DNA of 64,000 nucleotides from Spirochaetia bacterium. GTDB taxonomy: Bacteria; Spirochaetota; Spirochaetia; DSM-2461. The position numbers and the translations under genes were made by a program. Each line of letters begins with the position of its first letter. Position 1 is the stretch's first letter. The notes under the pieces were generated by a model. The model ran no database searches. It was not told the DNA's origin and worked only from the letters and a program-made list of their open reading frames with translations. The stretch is taken from positions 2,496,001 to 2,560,000 of the forward strand of contig CAXXIA010000002.1 in assembly GCA_963666985.2 (NCBI GenBank), read 5' to 3'. Positions 19,980-29,748 of the stretch are shown piece by piece.

Positions 19980-21299
19980 ATGGGCCGAAGCAGAATCCTG
20001 ATTATTGATGATGAATTGGAATTCTGCCTCTCAATGAAGGATTTGTTTGAGGATTCAGGCTATTCCTGCATCTACTCGACCGATCCTGAGAAGGCGGCCG
20101 ATCTTCTGCGAAAAGAAAAAATCGATCTGGTTCTTCTTGATTACAAGATGCCTCGTGTAAATGGGATTGAACTTCTCAGCTGTATCAGAGAAGAGAATTC
20201 CGAACTGCCGATAATTCTCGTCTCCGGATATATCGATATTGAGACAACGGTTCAAGCCATGCGGATTGGGGCTCTGAACGTCTTAAGGAAACCGGTGCGC
20301 TTTGCTCAGCTGGAAGAAGAAATCGCGCGAATCCTAAATACGTCCGGTGGCGCCTTCAGATCGGATTCTTCGATTATCAGCGGCGATAAAAAGGTCCTTG
20401 AGATTTTTGGTTCCATAAAGAAGGTTGCGGAAACAAACGCTCCGGTGTTAATTACCGGAGAGAGCGGAACCGGGAAAGAATTGATCGCCGAGGAAATCCA
20501 TCGGCTGAGCGGTCGTACTCAGCATCCTTTTGTTAAACTCAATTGTGCGGCTTTGCCCGAGTCTTTATTGGAAAGTGAGCTTTTTGGTCATAAGAAAGGC
20601 GCGTTTACCGGTGCCCTGGAAAATCGTTCCGGCCGCTTCATCGCCGCACATCAAGGGAGCCTCTTTCTTGATGAAATTGGTGATATGAACCTGCTGACTC
20701 AGGCAAAACTATTAAGAGTTTTACAAGATGGAAAAGTTACGGTTCTCGGATCTGATAAGCCTCAAAATGTTGATGTTCGAATTATTGCCGCTACCAATAA
20801 AAATCTTTTTTCCATGATGAAGGAAGGTCTCTTTCGAGAAGATTTATTTTATAGGCTTTCGGTTGTCCATTATGATCTCCCCCCTTTACGTGAAAGATCC
20901 GGAGATATTCTTCTTTTAAGCAGTTTTTTTCTAGAAATGGCTTGTTATGAATACGGTCGGAAAATAAATGGTTTTGATGCCGAGGTGGAAAAGATCCTCC
21001 TTTTTCATCCTTGGCCCGGGAATATTAGGGAATTAAAAAACTGTATTCAGCGCGCGGTGATTTTCTGTGAGAATACCCTGATTTCCGCTGGAGATCTTCC
21101 CGAACAATATAAGAGGGTTGGAAAACCGGGCTGGACGGACGGATACGAAAAAGCGATTGACAATATTAATAGAGAGTTGATTGAAGAGGCTTTAAGAAAA
21201 AGCGGCGGGAAGAAAGCTCTTGCCGCTCAATTGCTGAAAATTGACAGGAAGACTCTCTATAACAAAATAAAAAAGTTAAACATTCAGGGATTTGAGTGA
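19980..21299 (+). CDS. Sigma54-dependent response regulator (NtrC/AtoC family: REC-AAA+-Fis HTH)
   Basis: IIDDE, LLDYKMP, GESGTGKE, GAFTGA, WPGNIREL, C-terminal HTH. Confidence 0.95.
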   Translation: MGRSRILIIDDELEFCLSMKDLFEDSGYSCIYSTDPEKAADLLRKEKIDLVLLDYKMPRVNGIELLSCIREENSELPIILVSGYIDIETTVQAMRIGALNVLRKPVRFAQLEEEIARILNTSGGAFRSDSSIISGDKKVLEIFGSIKKVAETNAPVLITGESGTGKELIAEEIHRLSGRTQHPFVKLNCAALPESLLESELFGHKKGAFTGALENRSGRFIAAHQGSLFLDEIGDMNLLTQAKLLRVLQDGKVTVLGSDKPQNVDVRIIAATNKNLFSMMKEGLFREDLFYRLSVVHYDLPPLRERSGDILLLSSFFLEMACYEYGRKINGFDAEVEKILLFHPWPGNIRELKNCIQRAVIFCENTLISAGDLPEQYKRVGKPGWTDGYEKAIDNINRELIEEALRKSGGKKALAAQLLKIDRKTLYNKIKKLNIQGFE

Positions 21300-23122
21300 A
21301 CAGCCGGAGATTGCTTCAAGTCAAAGGCGTCTCCTATTCGTACGGGATAAAACAGGCCCTTTTTGGAGTTGGTTTTGATCTGCTTCCGGGCGAAATCCAT
21401 GCCTTGGTAGGCGATCATCGAGCGGGAAAATCCACTTTAATCCGGATTATTTGCGGAGCGCTTCGATGCCGCAAAGGGGAAATTATCCTTCCAGAGGGCA
21501 AATTCGCCGGGCTGTCTCCACGGAAAGCACGCCAACTGGGAATTGGTGCGGTGTTCCAGGAGGAGATGCTTGTTCCTTCATTAAGTACAATTGATAACGT
21601 TTTCTCCGGCCGTTTCGCGGTCTATCCCGGCGGAATTATCCGATGGCGTCGGCATATAGATGAATTTACTCGTTTTTGCCGAAAGTTGGATTTGGATTTT
21701 GATTTTACGAAACCCGTTGGTCAATTGGACAAAGTTAATCAGCATCTTGTTGAGTTTTTAAGGGCGATTTATTTCGATCCTTCCATACTCATTCTGGATG
21801 AAATATCCACTCGATTTACTCCGAGAGAAATGGATTTCATTTATCGGATTATTTTGGATATGAAGAAAAAGGGAAAAGGCATTATTTATATTTCCCATGA
21901 TATGGATGAAGTCATGGAATTTGCAGATAGGGTGACCATCCTGAGAAACGGCCGTTGCAGAAAGACTGAAAATATCCGCAATCTGGATAAAATGCAGCTT
22001 TATTATATGACCTATTCCCATGAGTTATCCAGAAAGGAACTTCGTCAGGCAAATTATGAACTCTACAATTTTAAACGATACAATGAAGCCATTATCCGGA
22101 ACATCCCGGTTGGTGTTGTTATTCTGGATAAGGACAATGGAATCTATCAGGTAAACCAAGCCGCTGAAAATTTGCTGTCTCCTTTTTCCGCCGATGAGCT
22201 TACTCTTGAAAAAATTTTCTCACGAATCGATAAAAGTTCGGTTCATAAAATTCTTTTGGCGATCCGGTCAAAGAAGCGAATGCATTTGGAAAATCTCCCC
22301 TTCGGCGATGAACATATTATTGATTTTTTTTGTTCTCCATTTACGGGTGACGCTGGGGAACTCAGCGGAACAATTTTACTGATTAACAATAAAACGGAAG
22401 AGCATAACGCAAAGGAATATATGAGAAGAACGGAACAGATTTCCTCTATTGCGGAACTGGCCGCCGGCGTGGCGCATGAAATTAATAACCCTCTTAATAT
22501 CATTTTGAATTACATGGATCTGATTACCCTTGAAACCCAGAAGGAATCATCCATTATTCGGCTGAAGAAGATTGAAAAGGAAATCCAGAGAATCTCGGAA
22601 ATTACCGGGAGTCTGCTTTCGTTCTCCAAAGTGAATAATGTGGAATTAGTCGAGTGTGATTTAAGGCAGGCACTTAAAGAAGCGGTACTTCTCCTGAAAT
22701 ATCGTATAGAGAAGAAAAAAGTTGTTTTCTCAATGGAGATTCCGGATGAACCTGTTGTTATCACAGGGAATTTAAATAAACTCGAGCAAGTATTTATCAA
22801 CTTGCTCATAAACAGTCTGGATGCTCTTGAAGCTGGCGGAAAGATTCGGGCCTGTATCCGTTATGAAAATAACAATGTATATGCGGCTGTGTCCGACAAT
22901 GGACCGGGGATTGAACATTCTATTGTCTCAAAAATTTTTGATCCCTTTTTCACTACTAAAATTGAAGATAAGAATTCCGGCCTCGGCTTAACCGTCTCGA
23001 TGCACATCATTATGGAACATAATGGGCTTCTTGAATGCCATAGTGAAGGCGGATGGACGACATTCGGAATTCGGCTTGCCGCCTGTTCTTCGAAAACGTA
23101 TCGAAAAGAAATTATCGATTGA
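21296..23122 (+). CDS. Hybrid histidine kinase: sugar-ABC ATPase domain + PAS + HisKA + HATPase_c
   Basis: GDHRAGKST, VFQE, ILILDE, IYISH; then IIRNIPVGVVILD...VNQAAE; AHEINNPL; QVFINLLINS, DNGPGI, FDPFFTTK, GLGL. No TM helix. Confidence 0.9.
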   Translation: MNSRRLLQVKGVSYSYGIKQALFGVGFDLLPGEIHALVGDHRAGKSTLIRIICGALRCRKGEIILPEGKFAGLSPRKARQLGIGAVFQEEMLVPSLSTIDNVFSGRFAVYPGGIIRWRRHIDEFTRFCRKLDLDFDFTKPVGQLDKVNQHLVEFLRAIYFDPSILILDEISTRFTPREMDFIYRIILDMKKKGKGIIYISHDMDEVMEFADRVTILRNGRCRKTENIRNLDKMQLYYMTYSHELSRKELRQANYELYNFKRYNEAIIRNIPVGVVILDKDNGIYQVNQAAENLLSPFSADELTLEKIFSRIDKSSVHKILLAIRSKKRMHLENLPFGDEHIIDFFCSPFTGDAGELSGTILLINNKTEEHNAKEYMRRTEQISSIAELAAGVAHEINNPLNIILNYMDLITLETQKESSIIRLKKIEKEIQRISEITGSLLSFSKVNNVELVECDLRQALKEAVLLLKYRIEKKKVVFSMEIPDEPVVITGNLNKLEQVFINLLINSLDALEAGGKIRACIRYENNNVYAAVSDNGPGIEHSIVSKIFDPFFTTKIEDKNSGLGLTVSMHIIMEHNGLLECHSEGGWTTFGIRLAACSSKTYRKEIID

Positions 23123-23301
23123 TGAGGTCTTGGGGTGTCGGTGAGTATTTCTCGAAATCCGGCGGTTTTTCTCCTCGGCCGTCGGCATAAACTGTCTCCG
23201 GTGAGATGTTTTCCCCGTAATTCTCTTTCCGAATAAAAGGGGCTGTCTCATAAGAGGCGGCCCTTTTTCATGTCTGGAAGAATTCCCTTCTGAATTCAAG
23301 G

Positions 23302-24882
23302 GTGGTAGAATTCTTCATGGACACTAAAAAGAAGGCTACATTCAAAGATTACGAAATCAGCCAACAGATGCTCCTGCCTCCAAGTCTCGATGAACTGCTT
23401 CCCGCAAACCATATATCCCGCACAATCAACAACTTCATCGACACGATGGATACCAGTGAGCTCTTCAACGCCTATCCGGGAGGCGGTGCCAGCAGCTACC
23501 ACCCGGTGATGATGCTGAAGGTTCTGGTGTTGGCCTACTCGAAACAGCTGTATTCCTGTCGTCAAATCGCAGACGCTCTTCGTGAGCAGATATGCTTCAT
23601 GTGGATCAGTGGTAATAACCGTCCTGATTTCCACACGATAAACAGATTTCGTAACGGTCCATTGAAGAAGAGCATCGAGAAAATCTTTGCCTCAATGGCC
23701 AACAGCCTCATCGAGAGCGGACATGTCCAGATGGAGAACTACTTTCTCGACGGCACAAAAATCGAATCAGCAGCTAACAAATACACATGGGTATGGGGCC
23801 GGGCGACAGACAAGTTCCAGAAGCGCCTGGCCGGCAATATGGATGAGCTTTTCGAATACATCGACCGCATCAATGAAGAAGAGGATGAGAAGTACGGCGA
23901 CCATGACCTTCCCCATGTGGATCCTCAAGGCAGGCCGATGTCGGAGATTCTCGAAGATGCGGTATCCAAGCTCAATGAAGAGCTGCGCAAGGATCGGGAG
24001 GAGCGAGAAAAGAAGGAGATTCAACGGAGATTGAATACCGCTAGCAAGGACTATCTCCCTCGTGCCAAAAAGTATGAGCAGCAGAAGAGAATCCTCGGCG
24101 ACCGAAATAGTTACTCGAAAACAGACTATGATGCGACTTTCATGCGGATGAAAGAAGACTATATGAAAAATGGTCAGCTCAAGCCCGGGTACAACATCCA
24201 AATGGGTACTGAGAACCAGTTCATCCTCGGATATAGCATCCACCAGAGTCCCGGTGACTCCCTGACATTGCCGCTACATATGGAGAAACTGAAAAAGAAT
24301 CTGAAACGCTATCCGAAAAGAATCATTGCTGATTCAGGATATGGTAGTGAAGAGAACTACCAGTGGTGTGAGGATCATGGTGTCGAGAAGTACATCAAGT
24401 TCAGCTACTTCCACAGGGAGCGGAAACGGAAGTTCAAGAAGCAGATTCATATGAAAGAGAACTGGGACTATCGTGCCTCTGATGATACATACCGGTGCCC
24501 CAAGGGTCGCCGATTCAAACACGAGGAGACCAGAATCTCGAAAACAGGTTCAGGATTTCCGACCACTGAAAAAAGGTATACAGGCCCTGGATGCCAAAGG
24601 TGTTCTCTCCGAATCCGGTGCTGCAAATACGGAGGCAAAGAGCGCATCCTGACGGTTCGTCCAAACCTGGAACGGCATAAGTCTGAAGTGCGCAAGTTGC
24701 TGACTTCAGAGGAAGGACTGAGAATGCGCTCTCTCAGGCCGATTGAAGTCGAATCTGTATTCGGAGATATCAAGACGAATATGGGATTTCGGAGATTCCG
24801 AACCAGGGGATTGAAGATGGTCAGTACTGAATGGGGACTGTTGAGTATGGCTCATAACATGAGGAAGCTACAGAAACGATAA
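23302..24882 (+). CDS. IS1182-family transposase
   Basis: YHPVMMLKV, PDFHTINRFR, DGTKIES, SKTDYDATFM, ADSGY, VESVFGDIK. Confidence 0.95.
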   Translation: MVEFFMDTKKKATFKDYEISQQMLLPPSLDELLPANHISRTINNFIDTMDTSELFNAYPGGGASSYHPVMMLKVLVLAYSKQLYSCRQIADALREQICFMWISGNNRPDFHTINRFRNGPLKKSIEKIFASMANSLIESGHVQMENYFLDGTKIESAANKYTWVWGRATDKFQKRLAGNMDELFEYIDRINEEEDEKYGDHDLPHVDPQGRPMSEILEDAVSKLNEELRKDREEREKKEIQRRLNTASKDYLPRAKKYEQQKRILGDRNSYSKTDYDATFMRMKEDYMKNGQLKPGYNIQMGTENQFILGYSIHQSPGDSLTLPLHMEKLKKNLKRYPKRIIADSGYGSEENYQWCEDHGVEKYIKFSYFHRERKRKFKKQIHMKENWDYRASDDTYRCPKGRRFKHEETRISKTGSGFPTTEKRYTGPGCQRCSLRIRCCKYGGKERILTVRPNLERHKSEVRKLLTSEEGLRMRSLRPIEVESVFGDIKTNMGFRRFRTRGLKMVSTEWGLLSMAHNMRKLQKR

Positions 24883-24927
24883 GGGGATGGGAGGGAACCT
24901 CCCGTCTTCGGAGGTCAACCAAATTTT

Positions 24928-24961
24928 AAAAGGGGCTGTCTCAAACTAATGAGACAGCCCC
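24928..24961. terminator. Hairpin at the IS right end, likely terminating the convergent GRE gene
   Basis: GGGGCTGTCTCA-loop-TGAGACAGCCCC with a T-tract on the minus strand. Confidence 0.55.
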
Positions 24962-24985
24962 CAAAGAATCAAGAAAAGAAAAAAA

Positions 24986-27403
24986 TCAGTTCTTCACTTC
25001 GAATTCCATCCGTGCGATGACATCATTCTGGAGTTCCCGATTCAGGGGTGTAAAGAACGCGCTGTATCCGGCGATTCGAACCATGAGGTCCCGGTATTCT
25101 TCCGGTTTCTCTTGAGCCTTTCGAAGAATCTCATCACCCAGAACGTTGAACTGAATATGGTATTGGTTGTTCCTAAAATGAGTTTTTACCAGGGATAGAG
25201 CACGATTTCGTCCCGCTTCCGTAGACAGGGAATCGGATGTGAGTCTCATGTTGAAGAGGGAACCTTTCTGGAACCAGATGGCCGGCAGTTTCCCTTCGGA
25301 GTTGATCAGCGCCGTTGGACCGTTTTGCTCCATGCCGTTGGAAGGTGAAACACCGTTGTTCATCGCTTCTCCGGCCTTGCGGCCGTTCGGGAGGGCGCCG
25401 ACGGATTTCCCGAAGGCGATATTGCCCGTTACCGAGCTCTGACTGAGCGCGAATGTTCCGGGGATGGGGCCTTTGCCGTAACGGGAACTTTTAAACTCCT
25501 TGAAATAGGTCGATCCCAAATAGTCGTCGATGGCGACGGTCCATCGATCCGCGTAATCGTCGTCGTTCCCGAATTTGGGAACTTTGTTGATCAGAGTTTG
25601 CCGGATTTCAAATCCCGTGGGAGAGGTCTCCTGATCTTCAAAGTTCGTTTTAAGCGCATGCATGAGCTGCCGCGGGGTGAAGATTTTTTTATCAAAGAGA
25701 ACATAATCTATTGCGGCGATGGAGTCTCCCGCGGTAACCGCTCCGGCTGTGGGACCTCCGTCGGCGGTGTAGCGTGCGCCGCCTTCAACCAGTGATTTAC
25801 CCCGTTCGATGCAGTCGTGTACCAGGGAAGAACGGAAAGCGTTTTGGTCGTGCAGGATGTGCATTTCATCACTGATATGCTCCACAATAACCTGCAGCTC
25901 CATATAGAAGTGCAGCTGTTTTTTATAAGCCGCCAGAATTGCATCCGCGCTTTTAAAAGTTTCCAGAGTTCCGTCTCCGGGTAGCAGTGTTTGTCCGGTG
26001 GCCGGATCGGTACCGTTGTTCAGCGTGATTTCGAACACTTTTCCAAGGTTCAGCCAGGAGCCTTTGGCCGCGAAGTCCCATTTCCCGGGTACCGAAGCTT
26101 CTATGCATCCTACGGGCGCCCAAGTGTAGAGGTCTTCGTCGGCGACTCCCATGTTTTTCAGAATGCGCATTACTCCCGCATCATTGTAAAGGGCGGGCTG
26201 ACCGCCTTTATGCGCCTGTATCGTCCGAAGCACCTCGTCCATGAACGCATCGTCGGTTCCTTCAAACCACTTCATTGAAACCGAAGGTTTGGTAAGGCCC
26301 ATCTGTGCGGTGGCGTCCAGAATGATTCGCGTCAAATCGTTCACCGCGTTTTTTCCGTCCGCGGTTTGGCCTCCGACGGCCAGATTCTCCGCAAGGTGAT
26401 AACCCGGAAAAAACTCGCTGTCGGACCATGAGCGAAGCTTGTTGATTTCATTGCACTTGATGAAAAACGATTCCACCAGTTCCAGGGCGAATTCCCGCGT
26501 TATGGCGCCGGAAGCAAGGTCGGCTTCCAAAAAGGGCCACAAGTATTGGTCGAATCGTCCCAGAGAAACAGCATGACCGTTGGTTTCAATTTGGATGGCC
26601 AAATGAACAAACCAGACGGTTTGAATCGCTTCCCAGAAGTTCCGGGCCGGTTCCGCCGGAACCCTGCGGCAGTTTTCGGCCATTTTTTTCAGTTCCGCCT
26701 TACGGGCCGGATCCGCGGCTTTTTCGGATTCTTCGACGAGTTTTTCGGCGAAACGCCCGGCGAAGTTGATAACCGCTTCATTGGAGCGAATAACCGCTTC
26801 AAGAAACCAGGATTGATTGATGGCTCCCGGTTCGGTCATATCGAGGTTCTTCAGGCGTTCTTTCGCTTGAGCGATAACGCCGTTCAGTCCTGCGCGGAGT
26901 ACCATTTCGTGGTCCGGCAGAACATTGCCCAATCCGGCGGCCGCGCACCAGGTATCGTCGATGGCGTTCAGTTCCCAGGCTTTTCGCGCCGCTTCCGGCA
27001 ATTGATCCCACACGCAGCTGATAAGAGATTTGTTTTCCCAATATGCGATGGTTTTTAGAACACGTGACTTGGTTTCTTCCGTATAGCTGAATTGATCACA
27101 GGGCCTTTCATGAAAATGGTAGGGATTTCCTTCGAATTCCTCAACGATCCACCGGGTTGAGTATTCCGGAAATACGGGTGCCGCATGAACGGAACTTGCC
27201 TGATTCCCTACCAGCAGTTCTCCGTCCCTGACAAGAATGGACATCCTGTCGAGAACATCATAAAAGGCGTCGGCCCGTCTTTTAACAATGGGGCGGCCTT
27301 CACTTTTTTTCATTGATTCGGTAAAGATTTCTGCCCGTTCCGGACATATCGCCGGAAAACTCTCGAATAGTCCGTTACGTAATTTTTGGATTCGATCGGT
27401 CAT
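24986..27403 (-). CDS. Glycyl radical enzyme (PFL2/eliminase class), substrate unknown
   Basis: Cys loop PVGCIE, Gly loop VRIAGYS, SLGRFDQYL; GAGGAG RBS before ATG 27403. Confidence 0.95.
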   Translation of the reverse strand: MTDRIQKLRNGLFESFPAICPERAEIFTESMKKSEGRPIVKRRADAFYDVLDRMSILVRDGELLVGNQASSVHAAPVFPEYSTRWIVEEFEGNPYHFHERPCDQFSYTEETKSRVLKTIAYWENKSLISCVWDQLPEAARKAWELNAIDDTWCAAAGLGNVLPDHEMVLRAGLNGVIAQAKERLKNLDMTEPGAINQSWFLEAVIRSNEAVINFAGRFAEKLVEESEKAADPARKAELKKMAENCRRVPAEPARNFWEAIQTVWFVHLAIQIETNGHAVSLGRFDQYLWPFLEADLASGAITREFALELVESFFIKCNEINKLRSWSDSEFFPGYHLAENLAVGGQTADGKNAVNDLTRIILDATAQMGLTKPSVSMKWFEGTDDAFMDEVLRTIQAHKGGQPALYNDAGVMRILKNMGVADEDLYTWAPVGCIEASVPGKWDFAAKGSWLNLGKVFEITLNNGTDPATGQTLLPGDGTLETFKSADAILAAYKKQLHFYMELQVIVEHISDEMHILHDQNAFRSSLVHDCIERGKSLVEGGARYTADGGPTAGAVTAGDSIAAIDYVLFDKKIFTPRQLMHALKTNFEDQETSPTGFEIRQTLINKVPKFGNDDDYADRWTVAIDDYLGSTYFKEFKSSRYGKGPIPGTFALSQSSVTGNIAFGKSVGALPNGRKAGEAMNNGVSPSNGMEQNGPTALINSEGKLPAIWFQKGSLFNMRLTSDSLSTEAGRNRALSLVKTHFRNNQYHIQFNVLGDEILRKAQEKPEEYRDLMVRIAGYSAFFTPLNRELQNDVIARMEFEVKN

Positions 27404-27429
27404 ATGTTTGTTCTCCTCAAGAGAATGAG

Positions 27430-27443
27430 TGAAAACGCTTTCA
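27430..27443. promoter_or_regulatory. LacI-type operator TGAAAACGCTTTCA
   Basis: Palindrome with central CG; related copies at 27599 and 29749. Confidence 0.7.
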
Positions 27444-27445
27444 CT

Positions 27446-27463
27446 ATGTTCATAACATAACAT
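27446..27463. promoter_or_regulatory. DeoR/GlpR-type operator ATGTT-N8-AACAT
   Basis: Related copies at 29668, 39812, 40047. Confidence 0.7.
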
Positions 27464-27598
27464 GCTTTTCTAAATATCGCAAATTGAATATTTCCGGCTT
27501 TCCGGCGATGAAAAAGACTCATCGAAGTGTTTTTACGGAAATAGGAAGAAACGGTCCCGAATTGACAGGTGTTCTTCGGGCCTTTACTATGAATAAAT

Positions 27599-27612
27599 TG
27601 AAATCGGTTTCA
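27599..27612. promoter_or_regulatory. LacI-type operator TGAAATCGGTTTCA
   Basis: Downstream of a TTGACA...TACTAT promoter, just before the lacI-family gene. Confidence 0.65.
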
Positions 27613-27625
27613 CCAAAAGGTCTGC

Positions 27626-28639
27626 ATGGGGCGCTATACCATTAATGAAATTGCTGAAATCTGCCATACCTCACCGGCTACGGTGTCGCGGGTTCTTAAC
27701 AATCCTCATCTGGTTGCCGAGCCCTTAAGAAAAAGAATCCGGAAAACGATGGAAGAGGTTGGGTACAGGCCGAATCCGTTCGCTTCACGCTTAAGCTCCC
27801 GCTCCGGCTGGGGATTGGCCCTTTTCGTCTTCGATATTCTGAATCCCTTTTTCGCTCTTATCGTGAGGAAGATCGGCCATTTGGCCATGGAACAGGGGAT
27901 TCCCCTGACCATCTGCGATACCGAGAATAACGAGGAAAAGGAAAAGATGTTCCTCGATTACCTTCTGGATAATCAGATAGGCGGCATTATTTTCGGTGAA
28001 GGTATTTCCGCGGGAACCATTGAACGGGCCATGGATTCCACCGAGACGGTTCTGATCGACAGGCATTTAAAGGAAGGTTTGGTTTCCGAAGTCACCAGCG
28101 ACAACTATCGCGGCGCCTGCCAGGCGGTTGAATATCTCTATCAATTGAGTCATCGCCGAATCGGTTTTATCGGCGGGCCCGAGAGCTGGGCTTCGGTTGA
28201 GGAGCGGTTTCGCGGGTATCGGGACACTCTGGAACGCAACGGAATACCCTACAATCCCGCCCTTATGTTCCGGGGAGATCTCCGTTTTGAGTCGGGGATC
28301 GGGGCGCTGGAGTATTTTCTGACCCTTCCCGAATGGCCGACGGCAATCTTCAGCGCCAACGATCAGATGGCGTTCGGCGTTCTTACCAAGGCTAAGGCCA
28401 TGGGGATTGATGTTCCCGGCGATATATCGCTGATCGGTTTCGACGATATTCCTCTCTACAGCTTGTATTCGACGAGGCTTACGGCGATACAGCAGGACAT
28501 CGACGCTCTCTGCGAGAATGCTTTTCGAATTATGATGGAAAAATTGAACGGAACGCCGGAAGAGGGCCCTAAGGATAGAGTCGTCGTACCGACGCGTTTA
28601 AAAACGGGCGAAACCTGCGGGAAATGCTCCCGACCGTGA
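27626..28639 (+). CDS. LacI-family transcriptional regulator
   Basis: TINEIAEICHTSPATVSRVLN HTH, YRPN, NDQMAFG, GFDD. Confidence 0.95.
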   Translation: MGRYTINEIAEICHTSPATVSRVLNNPHLVAEPLRKRIRKTMEEVGYRPNPFASRLSSRSGWGLALFVFDILNPFFALIVRKIGHLAMEQGIPLTICDTENNEEKEKMFLDYLLDNQIGGIIFGEGISAGTIERAMDSTETVLIDRHLKEGLVSEVTSDNYRGACQAVEYLYQLSHRRIGFIGGPESWASVEERFRGYRDTLERNGIPYNPALMFRGDLRFESGIGALEYFLTLPEWPTAIFSANDQMAFGVLTKAKAMGIDVPGDISLIGFDDIPLYSLYSTRLTAIQQDIDALCENAFRIMMEKLNGTPEEGPKDRVVVPTRLKTGETCGKCSRP

Positions 28640-29556
28640 ATATTAATGCAATTCTTTTTGATATAGAACGTTATGCCCTTGAAGACGGTCCGGGTATCAG
28701 AAGCGTCGTGTTCTTTAAAGGGTGTAATCTGCGCTGTCTTTGGTGTCAGAATCCTGAATCGCAAGACGGGAATCCTCAAATACTGTATTCACGGAACGAA
28801 TGCATCGCCTGCGGCCGATGTGCCGAAATATGTCCTGTTGATGCAATCCGGGATGTTCCGGATTTCGGCTATGTTACGGATCATTCGGTTTGTACTGTCT
28901 GCGGCAAATGCGTGGATGCCTGCTATACGGGAGCAAGGAAAATCGTCGGTCGAAGCATGGATATCGATTCGATCATGGAAGAAATACTTAAAGACAGGGA
29001 TTTCTACAGGGAATCCGGCGGCGGAGTCACTTTTTCCGGCGGCGAGCCCCTTTTGCAGGATGCGGTTGTATCCGCGCTGGCCCTGCGGTGCCGGGAACAA
29101 GGAATTCATACGGCGCTTGAAACCGCCGGTTTCGTTTCGCGTTCCGTTTTGGATAAGATTGTGCCCTTAATAGATCTTATTTATTTCGATTTGAAGCACA
29201 TCGACTCCGGTGAACACCGGAAATTTACCGGCGTTCCCATAGAGCCGATCCTCGAAAACTTGAAAGCGGTCTCGGCTTCGGCGGCCCGCCTTATCGTTCG
29301 GATTCCTCTTATTCCGCATGTGAATGATGATAATAAAACAATAAGCCGGATGTTTGAATTTCTGAAGAAGGAATGCGCGGGGCCCGAAGTGGAAATCCTG
29401 CCTTTCCATCGCCTCGGTTTGGGGAAGTACGAAGGATTGGGGCGGAGTTATTCAATGGCCGCAACCTTGAATCTGGGAAAGGCCGATTGTGAACCGTTTG
29501 CGGAGCTGGGAAGAGCGATGGGACTCGTGGTTCGAACCGGAGCCGGCGGGGTTTGA
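28636..29556 (+). CDS. Glycyl-radical enzyme activating protein with 2x[4Fe-4S] insert
   Basis: DGPGIRSVVFFKGCNLRCLWC, CIACGRCAEICP, CTVCGKCVDAC, SGGEP; GTG overlaps the lacI stop. Confidence 0.95.
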   Translation: MNINAILFDIERYALEDGPGIRSVVFFKGCNLRCLWCQNPESQDGNPQILYSRNECIACGRCAEICPVDAIRDVPDFGYVTDHSVCTVCGKCVDACYTGARKIVGRSMDIDSIMEEILKDRDFYRESGGGVTFSGGEPLLQDAVVSALALRCREQGIHTALETAGFVSRSVLDKIVPLIDLIYFDLKHIDSGEHRKFTGVPIEPILENLKAVSASAARLIVRIPLIPHVNDDNKTISRMFEFLKKECAGPEVEILPFHRLGLGKYEGLGRSYSMAATLNLGKADCEPFAELGRAMGLVVRTGAGGV

Positions 29557-29667
29557 ACGGCCCCGATGATATCCGGATGAAAGAGTGTTTCTCGGGCTCC
29601 GTCCGTATCACAAGACCGGGAAACGAACCGCCTTCATGACCCAAAATTGTTATCAATTAACGATTAG

Positions 29668-29685
29668 ATGTGAACAAACGAACAT
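29668..29685. promoter_or_regulatory. DeoR/GlpR-type operator (ATGTG-N8-AACAT)
   Basis: One mismatch to the shared palindrome; upstream of TTGACA(29711)...TACAAT promoter. Confidence 0.6.
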
Positions 29686-29748
29686 TTTGCAATGAAACAT
29701 AACATTTTTCTTGACATCCGCCCGGGAGTCGTTACAATTTTATCAAAC

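Larger units (their letters stand above)
23239..24961 (+). mobile_element. IS1182-family insertion sequence
   Basis: Terminal inverted repeats GGGGCTGTCTCAT (23239) and ATGAGACAGCCCC (ends 24961) flanking a transposase; no clear target duplication. Confidence 0.8.

Noticed and set aside
24986..27403. Pyruvate formate-lyase (pflB)
   Set aside because: Single Cys in GCIE rather than the Cys-Cys pair, and the activase has a ferredoxin insert.
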